DNA of 64,000 nucleotides from Azolla caroliniana (GCA_043228905.1 JBHGNT010000003.1:20026001-20090000), one strand, 5' to 3'. Positions 1 to 13,680 are shown, numbered from the stretch's first letter. Notes: generated by a model not told the origin, from the letters alone. Numbers and translations are program-made.

Positions 1-95
1 CAGTGCTAGCCCATCAATAATTTGCTTTATGCAGATATTGATCTGCAATGTATTCACCAGATCTACTATCGTATCAACAAAAAAAAAACTCCAAC

Positions 96-275
96 CTGGC
101 CATCGCCATATTCTACATTCAGTTGAAGAAGTGATGCTGCAAATTCCGCATATCTTCGCATTACATAATGAGGATGCACGTCATCTTCCCATAATGTTCG
201 AGCATTTGCAGTGCGAAGGCTAGTTAGGTGCATGTCAAATACCATCTTGAACCTCGGCCACAACATGATATTGAC
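96..275 (-). CDS. VPS52: VPS52 exon (VNIMLWPRFK...VEYGDGQ)
   Basis: Canonical splice sites and homology. Confidence 0.96.
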
Positions 276-3200
276 CTGTTGTTACTTATACATTAAGTGT
301 ATGGTAATTGACATGTTCTAATCATTTTTGTAACGAAGACCTAACCTTATCGAGATAAGAATCTAGACAAGGCACCCGTCTTCTTGACATTGTAAGCTGT
401 TCCACAAATAACGAGAAAGTAAGGTATGTGACATACAAGTAGGCTTGGAAATCCTTGACTAATGAAAACCATCTTAAATTATGTGAATCCATGCCTGATG
501 TTGATGGGTAAGCCTAATCATTAACATCAGTCCAATAGCATCAAAATTATTTGGTAGAACTGAGTTCAGATGTTCATCTATAACTCCAAATGGCCCTGCA
601 CATGTATAAGAATTTTTAATTTTAATTCATGATCTAAAAATACATGCTTGATAGAAACAGCTACCAAACATCAGGTTTCAGACCCGAGAAAATTTGAATG
701 ACTTTTAAACAATGCTCTAAAGTCCAGATATTTGGAACACAGACAAGAACTGAACAAAAACAGATATTCATGACAAAACATCCCTTCACAGAATACTAAG
801 TTAAAGCAACTACTTAAACCTTCCTATTACCACTGCAGATATTTAATCTTTCTATCACTCTGCATATGCATGCCCAGTAAAAGCCACACGTACCAGAAAA
901 AATCTCATAGAAGATGGCATCTTCAGCAAAGAAATTATAACAGAACAAATACCTGCAATCAAGACAGTTCAAACACAATTGCATGCGCTGTGTCACAGTG
1001 AGTATCTAAATAAGATGCAATCAAGGTGCATGAAAATATTACTCAGATGTAGCTGTATCCATAAGCAGCTTGTGCAAACTTCGGAACAGAACTTCGTAAG
1101 GGTACTTTGTTCCACTTGCTTCTACAATATGCGGTATCAAAGCTGGTTGCTCAACCTCCTACAAAAATAAAAGATAAAATTTACTCTCACATTGTCATTG
1201 TAAATAGGTGTCCATAAAGCCAGACTTTTACTTGCAACACTTTTGCTCTATCTCCCAGAGCAAAGACAGCTGAACGGTTCCGTAGTGGTTCCCTTGACCT
1301 GGAAAAGAGACCGACACTTCTCGTGTCCTCAACACCAATTAAATCATTTGTTGTTGCGATGTCAAGCTGCACCTTCTCTAAAGCTAGTATATATGTCCGA
1401 AAATGTGCACTTAAAACCTGCAGAGTAAGATTTTTATTCAAGATAAGAGAGAATGAGATCATTTAGTCCTATAAATGATCATATCATGTAGTTTCCACAA
1501 AAAGCAAACTATACCTGCATGTGAATGTTTATGAAGAAAAAGAAAGGATAAGATATTAACATCTATAAACATGATTGACAAATATTACAACCATTGATGT
1601 GAACTTGTGAATGCAAGAGAAGAAAATTTTCTTTCTACTCTACTTTGATAAAACTAAAAAAGATACATTTTGTTATCATCCTGGGTGCTCTGGAACAAAA
1701 AAAACATATGAGAAAGCAATTGGGAGGCCAGAAACATGACATGTGGAACCATCTGAAGTTCTATTTCATACGTTTGCAAATGAATGCGTATGTTATGAAA
1801 ACTTATGTTTTTTTTTACGTTTTTTACGTTTTACCTTATAATAAATAATGAATACAAAAGCATGGTATTTACCATACTTCGAGGGTTTTACCATACTCGA
1901 ATGATCGAAACATACTTGAATGTGAATGCATGTATGGTACGTACAGTTCATACTGTGTGGAACCACAAGAAATATAGAAAAGCATTCTCTTACAACCAGC
2001 ATGGGTACAAGTGGATCCTAGGGAATCTCGATCTACTTTGAAAGGCCAAACTGAAATAGATAGATAGATATTTTTTTAACGTCCACGGTAGACAGATTGC
2101 AATCTATAAGACGGGGCCTAGCCCATGGCAAGGATTGAACCTGGGTTCTCTACATTTTATGACTCCAATGGTATGGTTTAAACCACCAGCCATCAGCCAG
2201 AGAGAAAGAAAGAAGAAAGATATATTAACGTCTTTTAAGAGGCCAGAATGGCCTATAAGACCAAACAAGAGATTACATCTTAAGAATTGTCTCCTCCTTG
2301 AGAACAACAAATCAAAATAGAATAAGTATTACTCAGTAAATATAAAAGTAAATAAGAGAGAGAAAGAAGAAAGAAAGAAAGATATATTAACGTCTTTTAA
2401 GAGAGAGAGAGAGAGAACCTTATTTAATGTGTCAACATAAGCTGCCCGGACCTCTGGGTAGACTTCTTTTCCATGTTCCCGCAAGAATGTGGCAATATAC
2501 CTAATCAAGAGGAAAGAAAGATATAATGTCTGGTATAAGAGCAAACAAGAGATTACATCGGAAGTGTTGTCTCGTCTTTGAGACCAAAAATCAATCAAAG
2601 TTACACTATACGCAATTAAAAGGAAAAAACATTATATGCAATTAAAACTGCACGTCTGCCAAAAGAAAAGATGGGGAAAAAATCAAATGTTGGCACAGTG
2701 TAATATCTTCACCTTTTGATCAAACATATTAAGGAACGTAAGATCATCTACACGTCATATATGATAACCCAGAAAAGAAACCATAAACCATACTAAGTCC
2801 AAAGAGCACACTTATTATATATAAAGGATACTACTTTCCAATCTATTCCTTTAGAAAAAAGCTACCCACCGTGGAAATTTACAAGTTATCAATGAACCCT
2901 CTGAATAATATTATCAGTGATTTGTTTTTGGATGCTGAAAAAAATGTTCCAACAAATGTGACTCTAGGCCATTTCCCTTGTGCAAATAATTTTGGAAAAT
3001 CTCGCTTAAGTCTTGCAAAATATGAGACTATCTTATTAATGTGTCATTTGCTTCTTTTCTTCAGATGTACACAATTGGAACCAAGTTATATCATTTTGCA
3101 AGTGATCTTCAACTGACTTTTGGTATTTAAAATAGGACTTGATAGTGGCATGTTGGTCTTGGCTAATGCTAAGCATTACCGTTTGTTATATCATTTTGTC

Positions 3201-6200
3201 GCCTTCCAAACAAATGGTTATCACATTATATATCTTGCACGATAAAATAATTTAAGGTATTTATTTGTTTAGTTTTGGCATGGTTAATATGCCCATCTCT
3301 AAACCCCACTTATATTGGCATATAAATAAATCTAGTGTGATTAGAGTCATAAATCAACATTGGATACAGTACACTAGCCCAGAAACTTGAGCAGCTATCC
3401 AACCTGCTTCTGCCACTTAGGCACGAAGTCCCCCAGACATACACCATTAGAGAGAAATTCTCACAATGATTGAGCTCCATCTGAATAAATACCTTCACTT
3501 GTACAAATTCTCAAGACTGGCTCCTTGGGTCATCAAACTTGAAGTTGGCTCTTGAAGTTCTTCAACCTATTGTAAATCATCATTCTTCTTCTACATTTCT
3601 TCTAAAATCTCATATTTGTGTGACTGAAAAGTGAGGGAGAAAAATAGAAAAAGAGCATAACAGCCTATGACTTATTAAAGATTATCAGGAAATTATTGAC
3701 ATTTTCATCCAGATGTATGGGTTAAGAAAAGCATGGCTTACCACAAGAATAAAGCCACAATAAGAAAAAAAATACCAAACAAAATAAAAAGAGAACAGAA
3801 GAGATAGTTGTTAGAAACATACTTATACTTTAGTAATACATTCTGCTGCAAAATCTGTATATTTGTCTTTGGTTTTCTAAGCGCAAAAAGCTTTTGCATC
3901 ATAAATTCACGTGCCTGCAAAGTAAGGATGTTTTTATAACTTAAGGCAAATTATAGGAAAGTCTATCTTAATTGGATATCTAATATTTAAAAAATAATGC
4001 AAGAAATCTATTCAAAGTAGATAGAATGCAATGTGATTTTTAGATTCGTATGAGTTTGGTTCAAAGACAGAAAAACTAACTTTATATATGGCCTTCAGAC
4101 GTAATTTTTCTAGTTCCGATTCAACATCTTTGTAGGCTGCAGAGTGTTTAGCAACAGGATCCTCAGCTAAAAAGCGTAATTTCGTACTCAACATTTGAAG
4201 GTTTCTCACATACTCCTCATTAACCTGGAAGAAGCACATGTATAACCAATGTTAAGCAGATAGAAATCATCGATTTCCATCTTAAAAAACAGGCATCATA
4301 CATCATCCAATGCCAGTTAAAATTGAAAACTTTTATTTGTACCTCCCCATCAACAATTGTTTCAATCATATTTGGTGGTATCACTATATCCTCCAGAAAC
4401 CTTGAGAGTTTCAATTCTGCAACCTGAAATAATTCACTCTCTTATTGAAGCTTCCAAATTTAGGATAAACATAACAGATATGTGACAGCTCAAACACATA
4501 AAAGTACTGGATCAGGTGACATGCAGTTGGGCATGGTATGGAGCATACATTAATATTGAACAATGAGGACACACATAATACATGACCATAACCATTTCAA
4601 TGTGCAATCTGTGATCAGTTGGGGTATGTAAGGGGTGAGTGACATGAATTGTTAGTATTTAGGTAATATTTGCATGATAATGCAAATAAGTCTTACCCTC
4701 CTGATACTGAGATTTTTTCCAAGTTCAAATGATAATTTTTTATTTTCCAAATTCACAAAAACCACTTACCTTTCTATTCTTTAATTTTAAACCCATGCTC
4801 ATAGATTGCTCCTGAAGGCTTTTTATCTCTGAGCTGATTGATCCAAGGTCAGCCTCCACACATAAAAAAAGGAAAATAGAAAATTCCTTAAGAAAATATG
4901 GATAGCCTTATGGATACAAAAGTTGAAACAACCAGTCTGGAAATTTAAGGACAAAAATAAATTAACAGAGACAATATTTGTAACAAATTATTTGGTTTTC
5001 TAGTTTTGACGAGAAAAGTTAAAGAGTATGTTGAGCATCATCCATAGTTCAAAAATATTATAGGGATGAATCGATGTGGTTGCCTCAGAGATCCTCTATC
5101 ACAGAAACAACATAAATCTCTGAGAATATTAGCCATTTACTGAGCTGATGTTCTAGGAATAACGCATAAAACTTGTCACAAGAAATTTTCAAGCATTACA
5201 GTCAAATAGTTCCCTGGTTGAATGGAGAATATGGTCTTTCCTGACCATGTGGCAGTGTAACCTTCTATAAACTGCACAATTGAATACGAGTGCCAAGAGT
5301 GGAGATAAGGTATCTCATGCATGGAGAAAATGTCCTAGGGTTTTCTACTTTGGCGCTTTTCTATTTCATAATACTTATACTGAAGAAATGCCAGTCCCAT
5401 GGAGTAAGGTCTGGGAGATGAGAGCATTGACACCTAGAGGAACAGAAATTCAGGAGAATTTATCTTGTGCTCCACAACATTATCTTAAGTTTCCATAGTT
5501 AATCCTCCTACAAGCAACTGGCATATAAATATATTTCGTTTTAATAAGATCGGCCCAGAAACTCCTTAATAGAATGCATTTTTCACTACTTGGCTTCCAA
5601 TAATGAAATATGTATTTCTGCATTCCAATTTTTGGATCCATGAAGTCACCTTGAACATGTGCAAGAGCTTGCTCTATGGATCTCAACATGGAAGCAAAGT
5701 GAATTATTACGAAATCTCTTGTAAAGGAAGTATGACTAGAGCCTAAATAAACTTAATTAATTCAATGGCCATTGCTAGGTGTTTTCTGTAACAAAACTTT
5801 AAAAATCTAGGTTTAAGGAAACAACAGACCAATTTATTTTGCAAGATAATAGGAAGCCTGGAATCACATCGAAACCAGCTTTTATATTCTTCAACAAAGA
5901 AAGAATAGATAAATTGCACACAAGAAAGTAATATACCTGGAATCCGCCCAACAAAGCTTCCATTTCGGTGAGTATGGAATCACAATCTCGAATTTGTGTG
6001 TGGAGAGAAACTAAATTATCACTTTCTTTAATGTAATCCTGTGATGAAATACAACAAAGTCATTGAATAACTCTTGCTATGAAAAATAAAGTATATTTAT
6101 AATGGAAAAGAAAACCCTCTCTAGAATTATCCTAATATAAACAACATACTTAGGATCCATAGGTGAACACAACATTCCTTACACTTGCATGTATCTGGTG

Positions 6201-9200
6201 CTAAAATCTAAGAGCCAGATAAAGACAGCAAACATCTACTACTAAGGTATCAGCATCATTACAGAGACATCCACTTTCCTGGAGAATATTGATACTATCC
6301 ACTTTTCAGTCTTCTAAAAGCTACTGCAGCCTGCACCATAATGGTAACAAGGGCATCCATGCAAACACCATCACAGAAGAATCTTGTTCAGCGAGCACGC
6401 CATACATTGCTTATGAGGGCAATCTTATTCTCATATTTGACTCATGAGAGTAATATTGAGCACACATGGATTCATTGTTGAGTAACGTACTCAAGAGGGT
6501 AGTTACGTCTCAGATTGAGCTTTGACGCTCAGTTTATTTAAGGCTTTCCATACATCACAAAACAACCTTAGTATTTAAAGAATGTTTAATACGTGCATTT
6601 ACAAATATTGCGGTAAGTAAGTCTCAACATTAAAACTAGAAGAGTGATTGAATCATTTCATATGGTGGTGCCAGATTATCAATTGGTGTACAGCATTATG
6701 TCTGTAAAAACATGAGAATAATCATGCCATCATAGTTTCATGCCAACATGCCTGAGAGGTACTTCTATACAGCAAGCTAACGTTTCACCATTCCCCCTAC
6801 AATTATGACCCTCCATTTTAAAAAAATTCTCGTATGGATTTTCTAGAAGTACACCATATCATTGAGAATAGATAGGCCAGGGTTGCTTTCATGGTGCTGC
6901 CAAGTCATCTTCTTCAGCTCCTGCCCTTATAGACATCGTGTAAGTTAAAAATATATATTATTAACGATATATAGCATTACTTTCAGTCCCTTGCTACAAG
7001 TGTCATGGGGCCATTCTAAGATGTTCCTGGTGCAGGTATGGATAAAACCTTAATGGTGTGAGGGCAATGAGGTGGGCATGCATAGTGGCCCTTATGCATG
7101 TGTGCTAATATATAAGGGCATGTCCTATGGTACAAGGATAAGTCTGAGCACACACCCACAGCGCGCCTCTCTTCTTCTTCATGACACCTCTCCTCTAATT
7201 TGAGAGGGAGAGAGCACACAACCAGATCAATGCATTTCTTATCAATGTTTTGTCGTCGTGGCCATCATATCCACCGCATCCATTGTTGTTGATGTTTCTG
7301 CCAACTTGACACCATGGAAGTAGCTCAAACATGTCTGTTTCATCAAATTCACCTTAGCAATTTTGAGATATGTTTCTTTTGTTATGCATAATCTTTGGTC
7401 ATATGCTATTGAATACATAAAGAAATTTTATCCTATACATATATGTGATTATTTAACCATTAAATTGATTGTACACAAGTACATGAACATATGAATGTAC
7501 ACCTATAACGACTCATTCACTTCTTTTCAATTTCACCTCTCTTTTACACGAACTGATTGAAGTAAATGAACCTAAATTTTTATATATTGCATGTGAACAC
7601 ATATATGTGCGTCCATACATGAAAATAGTAACTTCTTGATTGTTGACACTTGTTCAGTTTTATAAACAAATAACGCCATAAGAACATATAACCATAACAC
7701 ATATCACCATAAGCTCTTATTCACTTTTTTCATTAAATCATAGTGAATTTCGGATAAAATGTATGCACGTGTAAAATACAAGTAGTAAAGTGTATCCCAC
7801 AGGTCACATATTTGTGTCATTGGGTAGACATAGTTGTACAGGTAGATGTATACATACATAGGTATGCATATGATTTGAATTTATCAGTTTAAATTAAGTG
7901 GCAAACACATAATGCTATAAAATACTACATGAGACAAGACATACATGTGTCCATGTGTATGAGATAGACTTTTCTGGAGTCTTGCTCATCCTACCTTCCA
8001 TTCTGTTGCAGGTTCTGCTACGACCAAGCTTGGAACTCAGCCATTGGAGCCTGAATAACTTGTTTATTCTAGGTAGCCATGTATTCCTTTAGAGTGTGAT
8101 TATGTAATGCGTGTTTATTTCCAGCTTTCCACATATTGCTCGTTTACAACCACAAGGTTTATATAAGTGTATAGAATCTAAATCATCTGATCATTAAGAA
8201 ATAAGAAATAGAAATCTATTGTCTAGCTTGAGTGATATCTTTACTTAATAATAACCAACAAATGCCGTACACCCAACAACCAGCCTTTTTAACCTCTTAC
8301 TGTCTATCTCGGGTTTTATCCAATAAACTATCATAGCATTTGTTATAAATAGTATACCATGATCTATAATGTAGAGTTTCATGCATCTTTAAATGGAACA
8401 TTTTGAATGCACAATCTAAAAGAGCTCGCTAACCCTAACATAAATTAAGTGTTAAATGTTTTCAATGAGACATAGTTTATCTATGTTTGTTAAATCTCAT
8501 GTGGTAACCATTTGCAACAAGCCCACCTAACTTTTTCCCATCAGTTCCTATGGATTACTAGGGCCATTCTCAACTATTGACATGGCGATCATTGATAATA
8601 TCAATGAGAGACTTAATGGTTTTCAAGATAGTTAACCAAACACCTGATGTCTTTGAGCAACACCTACTGGAAATATTTCACAACAGCTAGTTTGTCATCC
8701 TCTTCACATGTACCTTGGCTAGTGGTAACTCATTCAACCTATAAGACATAACTCATTGATGTTGGAGGAAAGTGTTTATCAATAATTTTGTCCCTTCAGA
8801 TGACTATAGCACGTCACTTGTTGGTTCATTTTTCGTCATTCAAAAAAACTTGTTATGCCAATAAGTATCATGAGATGGTCCATAGTATACTTGAAGAGAT
8901 ATGTGATTATTTGCAACTACGTAAATTTGAGGACTTGAGGACACTCTTCGATTATTAGTTCATAGAAAGAATTTCACTACACTTAGTCAAGCTATCAAGA
9001 TGGTTTTAGTATATGAGGATTGTGGCAAACATATTAGCCAAATCGTTAACATAGGGAACACATTCATTAGTGCTGGTAAGACTTTTGTCAGGTGAGATAG
9101 GTCTAAGCAGCCTATATGAAGTTCATGCGAGAAGACCTATGTTTTGGTTGTTTCGGTCATCACCAATTTCCAGACTGTCTAAACAGAAAGAGCAAGGTTT

Positions 9201-12200
9201 TAACTCAATGGATGAGAAACTGAGGAGTCTCCGACACACAAATGCTGATTTTAGAGCAGTGAATGTGAAAATTCAGAAGTTAGATATGGCTAAGAGAAAT
9301 ATTTGATCCACTATGGATAGAGCAATGTGTTTTGCCAGCAAGAAACATTCTCTAGATCCTTTCAGGTAGGAGAACGGGTGTATTTATTGATTATTCCCCA
9401 TATTGGCTCTGCTATTAAGCCGCCTAAACTATATTCGAGATATTGTGGTCAGTGGATGATCATAAAGAAGATATGTGAGTTTGTCTATAAACTAGATTGA
9501 CCAGAGGAACTTGTATCCATCTTGTGCTCCAAGTAAGTAACCTGAGAAGTGTTTACTACATGAAGATAGTGTGGTGGAATTACAGAGTACTCAAGTAGTT
9601 GACCTGGAGTCAGATCATATCCTTGATATCCAAGACAGGAAATTGAGGAATTGTACTTTTTGTCATTTCTGCCTCATCATTGTGTTCAACACAACTCTCT
9701 TCCATTCTGAAAGCAAGAGAGAGAAGAGAGGGAACACAAGTAGGTCATGGCAACGAGTCTTTGTTTAAGATTTATTTCAATGCAAAGCAACATCCAGTAC
9801 GGCAACATTATCTGCAAATGTGAACATGCAGCAACATTTTCTGCTAAGAAGATGGCCATTGATGATGCAGCCTCACAAAAGTTTGAAATAAAAGGCCTAC
9901 TGTTTAATATGCATGACACATTTAAAAACAGAAAGTATGTTGCACAGAAGTTCACTACCTGAATGGATTCCAACTCTACTTGACGCAATTTCTCTTCTAC
10001 ATCTCTTGCATATTCACGAAGTTCACTGCCTTTACCCAATATGCTGGCTACAGCCTACATCAATTCATTAGCAAACGTAAATTTACCATGCATAATATTA
10101 TGTTTCACTATTGTTCCAAAATTAAAACAAGTGTCACCTGTTGGCTTTGAAACCTCTCTAATTCCTCTTCCAAACCCTCCAATGAAACATCATCACTATT
10201 TACATAAGCTAGCATCAGTATGTCAAAACCTCATATGAAAGGGCTATTCTAACAGCAAGAACTCATCAAATAATGCAATTCATAATTATCAGCATCTGTC
10301 GTTTAAGAGATATAGTGCAAATTTTGATTCAATAATCTTTTCTACCAAGTAACATAATTATTGAGGTATTGACTGCAATTCACCCCGATTGACATATGTG
10401 GGTTTTCTCTCATTTATTTCTGGCGCCAAGATCTGATTCCTGAGACCTCTTCCCATCACTCTCTCAACCTTCATCTCATACTTTCCCTTCCCACACTCAT
10501 CCCCCGACTGACAGCTAGCTGCGCTCCCTTTTCCCTTCATTTCTCTTTCCCATCTTCAGACTTTTCTATACTTCTGCTCAATTTCCTCCTGCTTCACTGA
10601 AATTTCTTACCTTGGTGTGGTGGATCTCAATATATGGCTGACATCAAACCATATTTTAACCCTGCATTTCGTCTCTTTAGAGAAATGTGTCATCCATGCT
10701 TCCTGTTTTCAAACCATGCTCTGCATTATGATAAGTTATCAACACATTGAAAATTCAACGTGTTCATCTATTACAGTTTCACCCCAATTGATAGATATGG
10801 ATTTTCTCACGTTTATTTTCTAGTGCAGAGATCTGACTCCTGAGACCTCCTCCATTGTTCTCGCACCCTTCAGCTTGTACTCCCTTTCTACACCATTCGG
10901 CCTACTATTAGCTAGCTACCCTCTCTTATAACTTCATTCTTCTCTTTGCCATCTTCAGATCGTTTTATATTTTTGGTCAATTTCCTGCTGCTTATTTGCG
11001 AAAAATTCTTGTCTTCTTGTGGTTGATGTCAATATATTGTCAATGACAGCTGCACAGTATCCATTGCACATGTGCAACTGATCAGATATATCCTATGTGC
11101 CCCATGTTTACCATCAGAATTCCTTGATTATGTTGACTTCTTTTTTTCAGGAAAGGAAATTTTAAAAACTGTAGCACAGGGTTTCCTAATGAATCACACT
11201 TGATATCTACTGGATGAGCATTAATAAATCATAAGAAGGAATTTGTGCCCACCTCCTTCAAGTTCACAAAACGAAGATGCAAATATGCCTAAGCATAACA
11301 GACATTTTCCTTCAATGTGCTTCCATGCAGGGCATCAGATCAGCAATGGGTGACATGCCAGTCCATAAGCTTCACAATTAAAGGGGTTTTTGAGCATGTC
11401 AAGAGATTAGAGCATGTTTAATCTTGACAAAGCTAATGCCCCCAATGTCAAGGCATGTGCATCACCTCTAATTATTGAACGTTGAAAACCCTCTGCCCAG
11501 AGTCTATCTCCTTTCCAAAATGCTCACATGTTGCAGATCACTATGCCTTACGTGTTGCCCAACACCACAGGCCCTCATCCAGAATTCCACGAATATAACA
11601 AAAATTCCCCTTTCTTATGATTGGTATCCTTGCCAATATCTCTAATGAAAATCCTGGGAATTTAGATCTTTTGGATCTCAAGTAACATCATGCTTGGACA
11701 ATACTTCCAATTGACCACCAAAACATTGTCACAGAAAGAGTGTCACAGGTGATGCAGATTGTGCTTTTCTCTTGGTTCAAAAGTTGATTCAGCTTAAAAT
11801 CCTTAAAATCCAAGATTTCCTCAAGAGAACCACAGAATCATCACATCCAACGCAATCTTTCGGGTGATTGACAAGTAAAAACGCGAATAGTAACATTGAG
11901 AGGTAACTTGATTGTCTAAATCATGCATTTGTCACTTCAAGGTGCAATCAGAGTTTCTGGCACCAAAGGTGCATTCAAATGCCTTGCAATTTGCAGGAAT
12001 CTTCACCATATAAACAAGTAATACAGAAATCGCTAGAATTTCCACCATAAAGTAGAATAATGTCAAGAGACTGCCGTTAAGCCTTTGAGCACAGTAGCAA
12101 TAAGTGGCATCAGCTCATAAATGTACATAAACACGAAAGGAATGCCTATGCATATCACAAGAGAAGATTGACGTCAGCTTGACTGCATAAAGTACATTCC

Positions 12201-13167
12201 CGGGGTTCATTCCATGCAGTCTGTCCATCAGTCTTAGAATAATCTGAGAATGATGCTTTTTGCTAGTATCAAAAACAGTTGTCAAAAGTGTCCAATAAGC
12301 CCAGGGTGTGAATGCACCCTTAGTTACAAACAACAACAACAAATTGCACATCAATACCAACTGCCATCAAAGCATGGCACTTCCACCTGTATTGCTTTAT
12401 ATTTATTTAAAATTTTTAATCTGTGTGCAGTTTTGTGTTATTTGTATAGTCCTATGGGAAGTTAATCATTTGCATCCTTTTGTACCCAGTGAATTCAACA
12501 CAGAAAACTATTCGATTTGCAATCTTATTGTTTTTCTAAATATCAATCCAACATGTGGTTTGTAAGTTATATAATCCTGTTAGAGAATTCTAAGCACATA
12601 TACAGTTTTGGAAGCTTTAATATTTACAAGTAGAAAATTTAAAAGGATTGATTTAACCTGCCAATATCCTCTCCAAATGTGAGATCCCCAGCAGTGATAT
12701 GCAAATTAGCTGCTCTTTGCTCTGCCTCAGTTAGCTCCCCTTTCTTTTCATTCTATTCAACCACAGAAAACATCAAGAGATCAGGGAAATGTTAAAAGTA
12801 TGAAAATAGATGTGATAGATCATAAATAGCAAAATGCATTTAATCCAATGTCTAAGCACATAAATGTGCGGTGAGATAAAAAGTGCAAAAGCCACCCAAT
12901 GACCTCATGCAAGAAAACCATTTTACTGTTTGTCCATTGTGAAATTTGACATAGATATGTTACCGGTGATGAGAACAATGGTGAAGAAAACAAGCGTCCA
13001 AGGGCTGCTTCTGCATACTCTTCAGCAGAAAGTTGACCAGATTCAGCAGCAGTTGCCATGTTACCATCACCTTTGCCATAGTTAGCACTGATGTCAACAT
13101 TTGTAGAGTTTGACAGGATCTGGCGTGATGAAGGAAACAGAGGAGGTACCTGAGACACCATTGCCAT
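96..13167 (-). CDS. VPS52: Vacuolar protein sorting 52 (GARP/EARP subunit), 16 coding exons in window, 3' end lies beyond the left edge
   Basis: Spliced translation matches recalled plant VPS52/POK motifs (GDLTFGED, LREYARDVEEKLRQVELESIQDYIKESDNLVSLH, LRKPKTNIQILQQ, KYPYEVLFRSLHKLLMDTATSEY, WPRFKMVFD, HPHYVMRRYAEF). Splice phases are consistent across all junctions. Confidence 0.96.
346..396 (-). CDS. VPS52: VPS52 exon (LTMSRRRVPCLDSYLDK)
   Basis: Canonical splice sites and homology. Confidence 0.95.
495..595 (-). CDS. VPS52: VPS52 exon (PFGVIDEHLNSVLPNNFDAIGLMLMIRLTHQHQ), GC donor
   Basis: CAG acceptor; homology places the donor at CAG|GCATGG. Confidence 0.92.
894..952 (-). CDS. VPS52: VPS52 exon (YLFCYNFFAEDAIFYEIFS)
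   Basis: Canonical splice sites and homology. Confidence 0.95.
1043..1158 (-). CDS. VPS52: VPS52 exon (EVEQPALIPH...MDTATS)
   Basis: Canonical splice sites and homology. Confidence 0.95.
1232..1417 (-). CDS. VPS52: VPS52 exon (VLSAHFRTYI...GDRAKVLQ)
   Basis: Canonical splice sites and homology. Confidence 0.95.
2105..2197 (-). mobile_element. tRNA-derived SINE-like head in a VPS52 intron
   Basis: Minus strand has A-box-like TGGCTGGTGG and B-box GGTTCAATCC at Pol III-like spacing. Confidence 0.45.
2419..2500 (-). CDS. VPS52: VPS52 exon (YIATFLREHGKEVYPEVRAAYVDTLNK)
   Basis: Canonical splice sites and homology. Confidence 0.95.
3823..3914 (-). CDS. VPS52: VPS52 exon (AREFMMQKLFALRKPKTNIQILQQNVLLKY)
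   Basis: Canonical splice sites and homology. Confidence 0.95.
4081..4224 (-). CDS. VPS52: VPS52 exon (VNEEYVRNL...LRLKAIYK)
   Basis: Canonical splice sites and homology. Confidence 0.95.
4343..4423 (-). CDS. VPS52: VPS52 exon (VAELKLSRFLEDIVIPPNMIETIVDGE)
   Basis: Canonical splice sites and homology. Confidence 0.95.
4770..4853 (-). CDS. VPS52: VPS52 exon (ADLGSISSEIKSLQEQSMSMGLKLKNRK)
   Basis: GAG acceptor, GTAAGT donor, homology. Confidence 0.93.
5937..6038 (-). CDS. VPS52: VPS52 exon (DYIKESDNLVSLHTQIRDCDSILTEMEALLGGFQ)
   Basis: Canonical splice sites and homology. Confidence 0.95.
7000..9700 (+). mobile_element. Heavily decayed Gypsy remnant (integrase C-terminus) in a VPS52 intron
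   Basis: Broken translation at ~9420-9660 resembles a GPY/F module and chromodomain start (YCGQWMIIKKICEFVYKLD, HILDIQDRKLRN). Boundaries are approximate. Confidence 0.45.
9959..10054 (-). CDS. VPS52: VPS52 exon (AVASILGKGSELREYARDVEEKLRQVELESIQ)
   Basis: Canonical splice sites and homology. Confidence 0.95.
10138..10195 (-). CDS. VPS52: VPS52 exon (DDVSLEGLEEELERFQSQQ)
   Basis: Canonical AG/GT sites, starts in phase 2; matches EDISLEGLQQELE. Confidence 0.92.
10380..11040. repeat. Diverged ~250-bp direct duplication (10380-10630 vs 10780-11040)
   Basis: Shared anchors caccccxattga, agatctgaxtcctgagacctc, catcttcaga, tcaatttcct, tcaatatat. Confidence 0.8.
12658..12752 (-). CDS. VPS52: VPS52 exon (NEKKGELTEAEQRAANLHITAGDLTFGEDIG)
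   Basis: TAG acceptor, AG|GT donor; GDLxFxED motif. Confidence 0.85.
12964..13167 (-). CDS. VPS52: VPS52 probable first coding exon (MAMVSQ...LFSSP)
   Basis: ATG at 13167; CCG|GTAACA donor; phase 0 joins the next exon. Sequence is poorly conserved and the start codon is inferred. Confidence 0.65.
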
Positions 13168-13254
13168 GTCTCAGAAAAGGGAAACTGCATTCAAGTAAAG
13201 GAATAGCCTTTTTAATATAATGTTAAAATAGATGCATATATTAACATCTCTAAA

Positions 13255-13680
13255 ACGCCATAATGACTGATGAGACTTAACAAATATTACAACTGCATGT
13301 TGCTTATTTTAACTCAATGCGAGTAACACATTGCAATAGTGCTCTCTTTTTGTCTACTCATTGAGATAATAATGGCCTGTGAGACCAAACAAAGGTTACA
13401 ACTGCTTATGTTAACATATCACAACAGTACCTATAGATATATCATATATATTTACATCTGTAATTGTTAACGTTAAGACCAAAATAGATTCTAAGATCTG
13501 GCCAAGCTTACAACTGCTTATGTAAACTCGCTACAGTGAATAGCACATTGAAATTGTACTTACGTATATATTAACCTCTCTAATTGTTAACGTGTCAGAT
13601 CATAATGCCCTATATGACCAAACAAAGATGAAAATTGCATATGATAACTCATCAAAAGTGAGTACACAATGCAGTAGTAC
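13255..13680. repeat. Degenerate tandem repeat, ~115-bp period, ~4 units
   Basis: Recurring taatg...gaccaaacaaag.ttacaactgcttatg near 13260, 13370, 13490 and 13600. Confidence 0.6.

Noticed and set aside
1-40. Possible next VPS52 exon (CIKQIIDGLAL on the minus strand)
   Set aside because: It does not match the expected LDxNLERLRMA start and lies too close to the previous donor; probably intronic.
11100-12400. Possible decayed LINE fragment in a VPS52 intron
   Set aside because: Only vague Trp-rich snippets; no diagnostic motif can be supported by eye.
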